64,000 nucleotides of DNA from the human T2T-CHM13v2.0 reference genome, Homo sapiens (GCF_009914755.1 NC_060934.1), one strand, 5' to 3'. Counted from the first letter of the stretch, positions 37,849 to 56,745 are shown. Program-made: numbers and translations. The notes: generated by a model not told the origin, from the sequence alone.

Positions 37849-38819
37849 AAAACAGAGTGAAGCATATATACCTTTTTCATAGACATATCATTTTTTAAAA
37901 TGACATGAACCTACTGAGTAAATTATTAAACTAAAAGTGACGGGTATGAATTCAATGATTCCCATTTCTTCTTCTATAACCTCACACACTGAGTAGCCCA
38001 CCCACCGACATGGCTGCTTTGCTCAGCTTGCTTCCCTCCTCTCCTTTCGCGTCCTCCCCTGTCTGGTGCCAGCCTGTGTTCTGTCCCTTCACACCAGCTT
38101 GCCATTGCTATTCCTGCCATCTGGAGTCGGTTTTCAGTATCTCTGTCTCATCAGCTCTCCATCTATTTTAAAATATCATCTGAAAACATATGTTCCCCCA
38201 ACCACCACCCCTTTCAATTTCCTCTCTGCTTTTATTTATTTCATCTTGACTTCCTTTAGCTCTGAAAAACTCATCTGATTCACTTCAGAAAACTGCTCTA
38301 CAAAGGGCCGTAACTGCATTTGATATGAAAGATTGTAATCTCTCAGATTTGAAATATCTCATATGAGTGGCCAGCACATGTTCTTCCATTTTATCTCCAT
38401 GAAAGGATGGAAGGAGGGAGAAAGACTGTGAGCCAGGAAATGAGGGTATTTCCAACATTAAAATCACCTTGAATGTTGCAGATCAGTTGCAAGTGTTCAC
38501 TGTTGCACACTCCTCTGTTGAACAAGGCCAAAGAAGCCAGCCCAAGATATTACAGTCACTGAAGTTTTGAAAGCAGGCTGTTCTGAACATCTTTGTAAAC
38601 ACTTATAACTCAATAAGAAACTGTTGAACCCCTATTTAGGTTTGCCAATAACAGAGTTGCAAAAAAATAAAATAAAATAAAAACAAGAAGTCCTCCTCAA
38701 TCCTTTCTATTTCCCTTAAAAACACGCCCAATAACCTGGCCTAAAAAGAAACAAAACCCCAAAACAGGGAGGGGATGAATGTGCTTAGACACCCACTCAG
38801 TCAAAAACTTCCATTTCCA

Positions 38820-39250
38820 GACTGCCCGGCCATCACATTCTATTGACTCTTTAGTTTCCCTAATTAACCTCTGCTGCTGTGATCACCCCCTTTTAATTCT
38901 CTTGGCGAGCATTTACTAAGCGTGTGTGGGATGTGTGGTACCCGACCATTCCCCACCATCAGCCGGTCCTTTTCCACGCTGTGCTGTTGACTGTGTTTCT
39001 TTCATCCCACTTGCCTTTTCTTTCTTTATTCCCTCTCGCCACAGTGAAGAAGCTGAAAAATGAGGAGCTCACTCGCAAACTCTGCTCCATTGTCAGCTGT
39101 GCGGGCTGCCGCAGTTGTTAGAGCTGGAAGAATCGATGTTGCTAAGCAACACTTTTGCACCCTGTGTAAAAGATAAAGAGTGCAAAGCATGGCTCTGAGG
39201 ATGAGGCCGTCCAGTTTCCCGTGAACCCTGGGGGGCTGACCTCTGTGCAA
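38820..39250. promoter_or_regulatory. Candidate regulatory element (CpG-retaining, RFX X-box)
   Basis: 13 CpGs in ~400 bp of apparently non-repeat DNA; tGTTGCTAAGCAACa at 39137-39151. Confidence 0.35.
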
Positions 39251-39974
39251 TCAACAGAAAAATGTAGATTCTGTTAATACAGGGCTTGGGGAGGAAAGTT
39301 CTTCAATTTTCTTCCTTTTTCTTTAGATCATTTCTAATTTTCTCCAAAAGAAATATGACCTGATGGGCAAAGAGATGGATATCAAACCCCTAGTTTGGGT
39401 TTCCAGGATTGGTTTTGCTACAGATTTCCTTGTTGAACAGAGCTACTTCATTCTATATCCTTCCATGACTCCGTTTCTTCCCTGTGAAAAAGTGGAAATG
39501 AAAATCAGCTGCTTCACAAAATTGTAAAAGTGAAGTACTCAGCAATGACTAAACTATTATCCATTAGATGATGATAACAAATTTCCTGTGATTGGTCTCA
39601 GATGGCTCTTGTAACAGTTTTTGTTTCTTTGTTTGTTTTAATCGAAGTTTCCATTCCCACACATCGACCTTTCACGGGAACATTTTGTGGCTTTTTTTGG
39701 AAGGAAATACTCACCAGAATGTAACTTTAGAGACACAGGGGAGGTTATTTCCTTCATTCACAGGCCTGAAGCAGAAGTGGATGGACCAGGGATGGGGTAG
39801 AAAGGTGAGCCTGTCTCCTAGCCACATGACTCAAGTCTCCCCTCTGTGTCACTTCCTGAATTGAGGCAAGAAGTGAACAATCGGGAGACATTATGATATC
39901 ATTTTCCATGAATTCTAATCATCTGTAAGGCTACAGCTTCTGTGATACTCAAATCCTTCCCTGTGGCTAAGGCT

Positions 39975-40378
39975 GCTAGGCAGCCTCACAGTATCGATTC
40001 TCAGTTCTTCCAAGGTAAGACTTCATGCCCAGATCACGTGCAGGCAATGTGGTCAAGTAACAGCTCTGGCTAAAACAATCCACGCAGAAGTGATGGGTAG
40101 AAATTTCTGGTAGTAGTTTTCACTCCTCCTTCTGCTACCCCTTCTTGTTAGAGGGAAAGTGGACATGATAAGAGCCACTGTGAAACATCTGGACAAAGGC
40201 AAGACCTAGAGACGGTGGGGAAAAAAGAAAACAAGCCTGGGTCCCTAATGGTTTCCCAGAGCAGAGCCCCTGCATTAGCTAGGACTTAGGTGACAGAGAA
40301 GTACATTTCCACCTTGTTTAAGCCACTGTTGTTTGGCTTCTCTGTCACTTGCAGCCAAACTCAGATCTTAAATACTAT
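39975..40378 (+). mobile_element. MaLR LTR (MLT1-like)
   Basis: ccttgtttaagccactgttgtttggcttctctgtcacttgcagccaaac 3' motif. Confidence 0.65.
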
Positions 40379-41507
40379 GTACCCCCACAATTTATGTTCC
40401 ACTTCAGAAGCTCTTCCAGACCCAAGGAGTGTCAAGCACGCCACTAAAACAACTTTGTGCCCAGAGGAAACTCCAAATGAGCTCAATAAGTGGAAACTGT
40501 AATAAGATCTACCACTTACTGAATGCATCTTTCCACTATACCAAGAAAGTGAAGCACTTCTCATCTATAATTCAGTTTAGGAAACATCACGCTTTGACTA
40601 GCCAGCATCTATTTACTGAGCACCACTGTGTACAAAGCATTGTCCAAGACAGAGTAGAAGCCACAAAGGTAGACAGGGCAGGCCTGTCTTCCATAACATT
40701 CTCATAGGTGTGTCACAAAATGTAGCATTCCGTTAAGGGCTTAATTAAACTACCTGTAACTATCCTGAACAATTCATTTTACTTCTCTGCAATGTCAAAC
40801 ATCATTCCTAAGGTCTCATCTGCTCTAAATGTCCAGACTTCTACCACAACTGTTAATAAGCTACTTAAATGTTTCACCAAAGGCAGAAGTTAGGATTCTT
40901 ACCCAATGCACAATCTAAACTTAGTCTCGAAATTCTCTATATCTTCTTTTTTTAACAGCTTTAATAAGATATAATTGGCTCACAATATAATGCATATATT
41001 TAGAGTGCACAACTTAATGGATTTTGATATATGCATGTCCATGAGACTATCACCACAATCAAGATAATGGACGTTTTCATCATCAACTGTTTCCTTGTAT
41101 CTCTTTGTAATGCATTCCCCATCCTTACCCACTAACCCAAACCCAGGGAACCAACAATATGCTTTCTGTTGCTATAGATTCAATTGCATTTCCTACAGTT
41201 TTATTGAAATTGAGCCATATAGTGTGGACAAATTACTATTGTCTGGTTCCTTTCACTCACTTTGAGTTTCCTTTGAGTGCAGTTGTCTTACTGGCATGCT
41301 TGACATTTCTTGGATTTTCATTCTTTTGAGAGTCATTAAATATATTGATATTTCCTTTTCATTATGAGTACTATTGCATTGTATGAGTATAACAAAATTT
41401 AACCATGTACCTGTTGGAATTCTGGATTGTTTGTAGTTTAGAGCTATCAGAAATAAAGCTGCTATGCATGTTTGTGTACAAGTCTTTAACACATGTTTGC
41501 ACACATG

Positions 41508-41731
41508 TTTTTTGTTTGTTTGTTTTATTTTTATTTTTATAGTTCCAGGGTACATGTGCAGGATGTGCAGGTTTGTTACATAGGTAAGAGTGTGCCATAG
41601 CGGTTTGCTGTACCTATCAACCCATCACCTAGGTATTAAGCCCAGCAGGTATTAGCCTAATGTTCTCCCTCCCCCCACCCCACTTCCAGACAGGCCCCAG
41701 TGCATATTGTTCCCCTCCTTGTGTCCATGGC
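41508..41731 (-). mobile_element. Short 3' L1PA fragment (PA8-PA13-like)
   Basis: ccagggtacatgtgcaggatgtgcagg 3'UTR; TSD gcacaca(ta)tgtttt. Confidence 0.85.
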
Positions 41732-41912
41732 ACACATATGTTTTTATTTCTCTTCGAAAACTATCTTGGAGTGGAATCACTGGGGAGTATGGTATCTAAC
41801 TTTTTAAGAAACTACCAAATTATTTTATAAAATATTTGTACTATTTTATAAAATAAAATGTATGTACAGGAGCATATGAGAGTTCCAGTTACTCCAAACA
41901 TTTTTCAACTCC

Positions 41913-42209
<297 letters not shown>

Positions 42210-43885
42210 TTTTTCAACTCTTGATAAGGTCAGCCTTTTCCATCTTAGCCATCCTAACAAAAGTGGTTTTACTTTGTATCTACTTAATGACTAATGATGT
42301 TGACAAAAAGAGGCTCCTTCAACTCTTCTGCCCATTTCTAATTGGGTTTTTGTCTTCTTCCTGCTGAGTTTCAAGAGTTCTTTATATATGTGTGATACAT
42401 ATTTTGCAAATATTTTCTCCTATTCTCTGGCTCCCTAGTCATGACATGCGATTATTAGTATCTTTTGAAAAGAAAAAGGTTTTCATTTTCATAAAGTCAA
42501 TGTATCCATTTTTTTCATTTATAGTTATACTTTTTGAGACATATTCTTAAAATGTTTGCCTAGCCCAAAGTCACTAAGACAGTCTACATTTTTTTCTAGA
42601 AGTTTAATTGCCTGAACTCTTACATTTAAGTTTATGATATGTTTCAAGTTAATTCTTCCATGAGCTGTGAGGTAAGTGCTCAGGTTTTGTTTTGTTTTCT
42701 TTTCATGCTTCTGGATATAAAATTGTTCCTGCACCCCTTGTTGAAAGAATTCTCCTCACCCAGCTGAATTAACTTGGTGTCTTTGTGGAAAATCACTGCT
42801 CTACATCGCCCTGTATATCTTCTACCTGTATGATATTACCACACTGTCCTGATTACCAGAGCTGTATAATAAGGTTTAACATCACATACTATAAGTGTTC
42901 TAACTTTGTTCTTCTTTTTCCAAAATTGTGTTTTTGAATCAGCAAGTCAAATTCTACAAAACAAAGAGCCTTCTGGAATTTCAATTGAAATCATGTTAAA
43001 TATATAGATCAATTTGGGGAGAACTGATATCTTAACAATATTGAGTCTTCCAATCTATGAGCATTGTATATCTCCCCATTTCACTAGGCCTTATTTAATT
43101 TTTCCAGCAACATTTTGTAGTTTCCAGTGTAGAAGTTTTACACATTTTTCCTCAAATTTATCCCCAGTATTTCATAAGTTTTGATGCTATCATAAATTGT
43201 ATTGTTTTCAGTTTCAAGTTCTAATTGCTTATTGCCAGTACATAGAAATGCAAATGATTTTTATATTGGCTTATATACTGCATTCTCACTAAACTCACGT
43301 ATTAGTTCAGTTGATTTTTTTTTCAGATTCCCTACGATTATCCACATAGACAATCATGTGGTCTGTGAATGAAGGTAGTTGTATCCTTCTTTTCTAATCT
43401 GTGTGCTTTTTATTACTTTCTCCTGCCTTACTGCACTGATAAGAACTTCCAGTACTATGTTAAATAGAAGTAATGAGGCAAACATCCTCACCCTGTTCCT
43501 CATCTCAGGGGAAAACTTTCTGTCTTTCACCATCAAGTAAGACGTTAGCTTTACATTTTTTGTAGATGCCCGATATCAGGATGAAGAAGTTTCCATCTAT
43601 GCCCAGTTTGCTCAGAGTTATTATCAAGAATTGATGTTGCGCATAGTAAAATGCTTTTCTACACCAATTAAGATAAACATATTGTTTTTCCTTTTTAGTC
43701 TGCTGATATGGAAAACATTGATTGATCTTTTTTAAGGTTATGCCAACCCTGAATTCTTGGAAGAAACCCCACTTGGCGATGATATTATCTTTTTTACATA
43801 TTGTTGAATTTTATTGGCTAAAAGTCTGTTAATAACTTTTACATACGTGTTCATGAAGAATATTGGCCTGTAATAATCTTCATTT

Positions 43886-48833
<4,948 letters not shown>

Positions 48834-49603
48834 AATGTTCATTTATTATAATTGCTTTGTCTAGCTTTGAGAATCAAGGTCATGCTGGCCTTGTGCCCAC
48901 TTCTATTTACTGAAAGAGTCTGTAGAATTGATACTTTTTCCTTCAATCTTTGTTAGAACTCACCAGTGAAGGCAACTGAGTCTGGAGGTGTTTGTTTTTA
49001 TAACGGTAATGTTCTTAAATACAAATTTAAGTTTCTTAATAGGCCTATGTCTTCTTAAGTGAGCTTTCATAGTATGCATTCAAGAAATTTTTCTCTTTCA
49101 TGTAGAAGTTATCAAATTTATTGGTATAGAGCTACTCATAATATTCCCTTACTATTCTTTTAATATCTATACAATCTGTAGTAATGTCATTTCTGTCATC
49201 CCTGGTATTGGTTCTTTGTTCCCTATCTTTTTTTCTTAATCATTCTGCCTATTCAGCGATTTTCATACTCTCAAATAACTAGCCCTGGTGTGATTCTGTC
49301 CTGTACAGCTCTTCTCTGGAGCAGTAATCATTTATCTCCATCCATCTTCTCTCCTACCTAAGCATATGCCACCACCCCATGGAAGGCTCAGTGGACATGG
49401 ACATGAGCCCCCTGAGGCCCCAGAACCAACAAAGATTATCGCTTTAAAGTGGATACTGATGAAAATGAGCACCAATTATCTTTAAGAACAGTCAGGTTAG
49501 GGACTCATGCAAAGGATGAATTGCACATTGTTGAAGCAGAGGCAATGAATTACAAATGCAGTCCAATTAAAGTAACACTGCCAACTTTGAAAATGTCTGT
49601 ACA

Positions 49604-51465
49604 AAATCAATGTGCAAAAATCACAAGCATTCCTATGCAGCAATAACAGACAAATAGGGAGCCAAATCATGAGTGAACTCCCATTCACAATTGCTACAAA
49701 GAGAATAAAACACCGAGGAATTTAACTTACAAGGGATGTGAAGGACCCCTTCAAGGAGAACTAAAAACCACTGCTAAACAAAATAAAAGAGGACACAAAC
49801 AAATGGAAGAACTTTCCATGCTCATGGATAAGAAGAATCAATATCATGAAAATGACCATATTTCCCAAGGTAATTTATACATTCAATGCTATCCCCAGCA
49901 AGCTATCACTGACTTTCTTCACAGAATTGGAAAAAACTACTTTAAAGTTCATATGGAACCAAAAAAGAGCCCACAGAGCCAAGATAATCCTAAGCAAAAA
50001 GAACAAAGTGGGAGGCATCGTGCTACCTGACTTCAAACTATACTACAAGGCTACAGTAAAAACAGGCTGGTACTGGTACCAAAACAGATATATAGACCAA
50101 TGGAACAGAACAGAGGCCTCAGAAACAACACCATGCATCTACAACCATCTGATCTTTGATAAACCTGACAAAAACAAGCAATGGGGAAAGGATGCCCTAT
50201 TTAATAAATGCTGCTGGGAAAACTGGCTAGCCACGTGTAGAAAGCTGAAACTGGATCCCTTCCTTACACCATATACAAAAATTAATTCAAGTTGGATTAA
50301 AGACTTAATGTTAGACCTGAAACCATAAAAATCCTAGAAGAAAACCTAGGCAATACCATTCAGGACATAGGCAAGGGCAAAGACTCCATGACTAAAACAC
50401 CAAAAGCATGGCAACAAAAGCCAAAATAGACAAATGGGATCTAATTAAACTAAAGATCTTCTGCACAGCAAAAGAAACTATCATCAGAGTGAACAGGCAA
50501 CCTACAGAATGGGAGAAAATCTTTGCAATCTGCCCATCTGACAAAGGGCTAATATCCAGAATCTACAAAGAACTTAAACAAATTTACCAGAAAAAAAACA
50601 AACAACCCCATCAAAAAGTGGGAAAGGATATGAACAAACACTTCTCAAAGGAAGACATTTATGCAGCCAACAGACACATGAAAAAATGCTCATCATCACT
50701 GGTGATCAGAGAAATGCAAATCAAAACCACAATGAGATACCATCTCACGCCAGTTAGAATGGCGATCATTGAAAAGTCAGGAAACAACAGATGCTGGAGA
50801 GGATGTGGAGAAATAGGAATGCTTTTACATGGTTGGTGGGAGTGTAGATTAGTTCAACCATTGTGGAAAACAGTGTGGCGATTCCTCAAGGATTTAGAAC
50901 TAGAAATACCATTTGACCCAGTGATCCCATTACTGGGTATATACCCAAAGTATTATAAATCATGCTACTACAAAGACACATGCACACATATGTTTATTGC
51001 AGCACTATTTACAATAGCAAAGACTTGGAACCAACCCAAATGTCCATCAATGATAGACTGGATTAAGAAAATGTGGCACATATGCACCATGGAATACTAT
51101 ACAACCATAAAAAAGTTGAGTTCATGTCCTTTGCAGGGACATGGATGAAGCTGGAAGTGATCATTCTAAGCAAACTATCACAAGGACAGAATACCAAACA
51201 CCACATGTTCTCACTCATAGGTGGGAACTGAACAATGGGAACACTTGGACACACGGTGGGGAACATCACACACTGGGGCCTGTCGGGGGGTGGGGGACTG
51301 GGGGAGGGATAGCATTAGGAAAATACCTAATGTAAATGACGAGTTGATGGGTGTAGCAAACCAACAAACATGGCACATGTATACCTATATAACAAACCTG
51401 TGCATTGTGCACATGTACCCTAGAACTTAAAGTATAATAAAAAAAAAAAAAGAAAAAGAAAAAAA
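49604..51465 (+). mobile_element. 5'-truncated L1PA (PA6-like) inserted in the NPM1 pseudogene
   Basis: ORF2 3' part, 3'UTR and poly(A); perfect 17-bp TSD ttgaaaatgtctgtaca 49587-49603/51466-51482. Confidence 0.96.
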
Positions 51466-51716
51466 TTGAAAATGTCTGTACAGCCAGTGATTTCCCTTGG
51501 GGGCTTTGAAATTACACCACCCAGTCTTACAGTTGAAGTGTGGTTCAGGGCCTGTACATATTCATAGACAGTATTTAGTATCTGTGGAGGAAGATGCAGA
51601 GTCAGAAGACGAAGAGGAGGAGGATGTGAAACTCTTAAGTGTAACTGGAAAGTGATCTGCCCCTGGAAGTGGTAACAAGTTTCCACAGAAAAAAAGTAAA
51701 ACTTGCTGCCACTCCT

Positions 51717-51845
51717 GAAGAAGAAGGAGGAGGAGAGGGAGGGGGAGCAGGAGGAGGAAGAGGAAGGAGAAAGAGAAGGAGAATAAGAATAAGAAGAAGG
51801 AGGAGGCGGAGGAAGTGGAGGAGGAGGGAAGAGGAGGAGGAGGAG
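51717..51845 (+). repeat. Purine-rich (GGA/GAA)n tract replacing the NPM1 second acidic stretch
   Basis: ~130 bp almost purine-only between aaacttgctgc and ttttgatgatgagg. Confidence 0.9.
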
Positions 51846-54800
51846 ATTTTGATGATGAGGAAACTGAAGAAAAAGTGCCAGTGAAGAAATCTATATGAGA
51901 TGCTCCAGCCAAAAATGCACAAAAATCATTTCCACCATGGAAAAGACTCAAAACCATCAACACCAAGATCAAAAGGATGAGAATCCTAAAAAAAAAAAAA
52001 AAACCAGGAAAAAACTCCTAAAACAGCAAAAGGACCTAATTCTGTAGAAGACATTAAAGCAAAAATGCAAACAAACACAGAAAAAGGTGGTTCTCTTCCC
52101 AAAGTGGAAGCCAAGTTCATCAATTATGTGAAGAGTTGCTTCTGGATGACTGACCAGGAGGCTATTCAGATCTCTGGCAGTGGATGAAGTGTCTTCAAGA
52201 AAATAGTGTTAACAGTTTGTTAAAAATTTTCCATCTTATTTCGTTTCTGTAACAGATGATATCTGGCTGTCCTTTTTATAATGCAGAGTGAGAACTTTCC
52301 TTACCATGTTTGATAAATGTTGCCCAGGTCCCATTGCCCAGAATGTGTTGTCCAAAATGTCATTTAGTTTGTAAAAATGGAACTCCTCCCTTTCCTTGGT
52401 TTTTAGTTTGTATGGAATGTTAACATTCCATACATGCTTAAAGTATGTATGTACTGCATACATAGTAGTACCAATGGTCAGACATGGAAATAGTGGGAAG
52501 ACAAAAATATACATGTAAAATAAGCTCAGTATTTTAATAAAGTAAAAAGAAAACTAGCCTTTGCTTTCACTGATTTTCTCTATTATTTTTGTTTTTTATG
52601 ACATTGATTCTGCTCCTATAGTTTATTATTTCCTTTCTTCTGCTTACTTTTGCTTTAACTTGCTCTTCTTTTTCTAGTTTCTTATGGTTGAAGCTTAAGT
52701 CATTGGTTTTAGAACCTTCTAGTTTTCTAATATAATACACTTTTAATGCTATTAATTTCCCTTTAAGCATTGTTTATTGGTAACTCACAAATTGTTGTTG
52801 TGGGTTTTAATATGTTGTTTTAATTTTCATTTACTTCAAAATATTTTCTAATTTCACTTGTGATTTTTTCTTGTATTGATTCAAGTTATTCAAGTGTGTT
52901 GTGTGGTTTCCAAATATTTGGGGATTATCCAGATATCTTTCTGTTATTAATTTCTAATTTAATCCCACTGTGGTCAGAAAACATACCCTGAATGACTTAA
53001 ATCTTTTTAAATTGATTAAGATTTGTTTTATGGCCCAAAATATGGTCTATCTTGGTAAATGTTCTGTGTGCACTTGAAAAGAATCTGCATTCTGCTGTTG
53101 TGAGATAGGACGTTCTATAAATGTCAATTTGATCATGTTGATTATAGTGTTGTTCAATTATTCTGTATTCTTACTGATTTTCTGTCTATTTGTTCTACCA
53201 ATTATCAAGAGTAAGGTGTTGAAATCTCCACCTAAATGGTGGTCTGGCTATTTCTTCTTTCAGTTTAGGATTAGAAACTTCAACCACATTTAGGATTGCT
53301 ATGTTTTCTTGAGAAAATGATTCCTTTATCATTTTGAAATTACCCTCTTTATTCCTAGTAATATTCCTTGCTCAGAAATATACGTTGTCCCATATGCATA
53401 CAGCTACTCCACCTTTCTTTGATTAACGCTGGCATGCTGTATCTTTTTCCGTCCTTTAACTTTTACCCTATCTGTGTCTTCATATTTAATAGATTTCTTT
53501 TAGCCAGTGGAAAGTTGGGTCCTGCTTTTTTTTTTTAATCCAGTCTGACAGAGCCTGTCTTTTAATTGACAGAGTTTAGACCATTTACATTTAATGTGGC
53601 TATTAAAATGATTGAGTTTAAATATATCGTCATGCTATTTGTTTTCTATTTTTCCAAGCTGTTCTTTGTTCCTTTTTGCTCATTTTTAACTTCTTTTTAA
53701 TTAAGTGTTTTTTATGATTCCTTTTTATCTTCTTTATTGGCTTATTAGCTATATCTCTTTATATTGTTTCTTTAGGCATTTCATTAAGTTTTGTAATAAA
53801 CGTCTTTACATTAATACAGTCTACCTTCAAGTTTTATTATACCACTTTATATATATTATAATAACTTCATGACACTTTTTCCCTTTTGCCCCTTCCTGGC
53901 CTTTGTGCTACTATTGTCACAGATTTTACTACCATAATACCTTGTTATAATATTTGCTTTAAACAGTTAATTGTTTTTTAAAGATATTTTTAAAAACAAG
54001 AAGTCTTTTGTATTTATGTTCATATTTACCTTTTCTAGTGCTTTTTATTTCTTTGTGCAGATTCAGTTTCCATCTGGTATCATTTTCTTTCTGTCTAAAA
54101 GCCTTCTGTTAACATTTCCTGTACTGATGGTCAGCTGGTGACAAATTCTTTCAGCTTTTGTGTGTCTGGGAAGGTCTTTATTTCATCTATTCTTTAATTT
54201 TTTTTTCACTTTGTATGGAAGTCTAGGTGAGAGTTTTTTTTCTTTCAGTGCCTTAAAGGTGCTGCTCCATTGTCTTCCGACTTGCATTGTTTCCAACAAG
54301 GAGTTCGCTCAATATCACCTTTGTTCTGTGCATAATGTCCTTTGTCTCTGACTGCTTTTGATTATTATGTGCCTTGGTGTAGTTTTTTTCACTTTCTTCT
54401 AACTGGAGCTTATTGAAATTTTGGGTCTGTGGGATGATGATTTTCAGCAAATTTGGATATTTTTCAGCCACTATTTCTTTAGATTTTTTTCTGTTCCTTC
54501 CCAATCCGCTCTTAATTTTTTAGCCATTATTTTTTAAGGTATGTTTCTTTCCTTCCACTCCTTTTGTGACTATAATTATAAACATGATGGGCTATTTTCT
54601 ACGGTCCCACTACTCACTGATGCTCCGTTAATTCTTTTTAGTCTTCTTTTTTCATGTTTCATTTTAGATAATTGCTATATCTTCAAGTTTACTAATGGTT
54701 GCTGTTTATCCCTCTCATGTATCTTCTGTATCATATTTTTTCAACTCTAGAAATTTAATGCATGTCTATTTTATATCTTCCATGACTCTCTTTATCATAC

Positions 54801-54865
54801 TCTTTTTTTTTCCTCTACATACTTGAACATATGCAGTATATTTACAATAGTTCTTTTAATGTCCT

Positions 54866-55253
54866 TGTATTAGCTCAGGCTGCTATAACAAAATACCATA
54901 GACTGGGTGGCTTAAACAACAGATATTTATTTCTTACCATTCTGTAGGTTGGAAGTCCAAACTCAAGCTGCCAACCAATTCATTTCCTGGTGAGAGCCCT
55001 CTTTTTGGTTTGCACATTGCTCCTTCTCACTGTGTTCTCACACGGTACACGCAAAAAAGGTAATCTGTATCTCTCTCTTCTTCTTCTTATAAAGTTATTA
55101 ATCTTATCATAAAGGCCCTACTCTCATAACATCACCTGACACTAATTACCAAATTACCAAAGTGTCCATCTCCAATTATCATCACATTAAGAGTTAGGAC
55201 TTCAACATACGGATTTGGTAAAGATGAGGAGGGTCACAATTCAGTCCATAGCA
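54866..55253 (-). mobile_element. Solo MaLR LTR (MLT1A-like)
   Basis: TG...CA termini, 5-bp TSD gtcct, ggctgctataacaaaataccatagactgggtggcttaaac. Confidence 0.9.
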
Positions 55254-55351
55254 GTCCTTGTCTAGTAATTCTATCATCTGTGTCATTTCTAGGCCTTTTT
55301 CTATATACTGTTTTTCTCCTCATTATGGGTCACATTTTCCTGCTTCTTTGA

Positions 55352-55669
<318 letters not shown>

Positions 55670-56487
55670 GAATGACCGGTAATTTTTATTGGATTTCAGA
55701 AATATACATGTTACTTTGTTGGTGCTGGAGCTTTTTATTCTTTTAAATATTGCTGAGCTTGAGCTGGGTGCAATAAAGTTACTTGGATACAACCTGTTCC
55801 TTCCATGGCTTGCTCTTAAGCTCTGCCAAGTAAGACCAGAAGAACTTTTGGTCAAGGGCAAATTTGGCTCCACCATGAGACCCACCAGGAGACAATGGTT
55901 CCCTGAGAACCAGGGCCTTTCTACTCTGGGTGATAGGGGAAAAAAAAAAACAAACTATTGAGCTCCTGGATGACTGCACCCAATTCTTGATTCTCTCCTG
56001 CATCTTTCTCTAGCCTCAGGAGTTTCCTCACTGAAAACTCAGCAGATCTCCAGAGTCACCTCTCTGTTCTCCTAACCTTGGTTAGATCTCTTCTAACCAA
56101 GATCTGGCCCTGTGAATTCTAGCAGCCTTAGCCTCTCCAACCTCTGAACTCTGTCTCCTCAACTTAGGGTAATTCCTGGGCTCTGTTATATGTCTAGGAA
56201 TATAATACGTTATTCCTGTGCCTCAGCCTAGAACTCTCTCCAGGCAGCAAGCTGCAACAATCTCGTTTGTTTGCCTTCTCTGAAAGGTCACTGTCTGTGC
56301 TGCTTGCCTAATGTCTGACAACTGTTCTGTCCTATATATTGCCTAGTTATTCTTAGTATGTTACGTTGAGAGAGTAATTTCAATCCTTTTTACTCAATCA
56401 TTGCTGAACGCATCTCTCTATAGCTAAAAAGCTTCCACATCTTTTTCGGCTGTTCTCTCAAATATCAACTTTAGAGAATCAGTTGAG

Positions 56488-56745
56488 TATAGCGTGGTGG
56501 TTATAAAACAGGCTCTAGAGTCAGACAAACTGGGTTCAAGTAGCAACTCGGCCGCTATTATCTCTATGACCTTACATAAGTTATCTAACCTGAGTCCACC
56601 TGATCTATAAAAAAAGAATATTAGAAATATTTCTTACCTACCTCGGGGATATAGTGAGGTTTAACTGAGAAAATACACAGAAAACATTGAACATCACTCC
56701 TAGCACAGAATAATTACCCAGTGGTTGCTAACATAGCCATCATTA
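56488..56745 (+). mobile_element. MIR
   Basis: gcgtggtggtta...ggctctagagtcagacaaactgggttcaa...tatgaccttacataagtta. Confidence 0.75.

Larger units (their letters stand above)
49283..52550 (+). pseudogene. NPM1P: NPM1 (nucleophosmin) processed pseudogene, split by L1
   Basis: NPM1 5'UTR ccctggtgtgatt..., ATG 49379 ([16 protein letters not shown]), [28 protein letters not shown], ..LWQW C-terminus, 3'UTR with AATAAA 52536; intronless; frameshifts and stops; TSD core aactagcc 49277-84/52552-59. Confidence 0.96.

Noticed and set aside
49846-51148. 160- and 246-aa ORFs as an NPM1-L1 fusion gene
   Set aside because: The NPM1 frame is broken by a deletion near 49427, the short fused frame stops at 49646, and the L1 part is frameshifted; no promoter evidence.
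51562-51972. Arg/Glu-rich and Ser/Pro/Leu-rich ORFs
   Set aside because: Translations of the polypurine microsatellite in the pseudogene.
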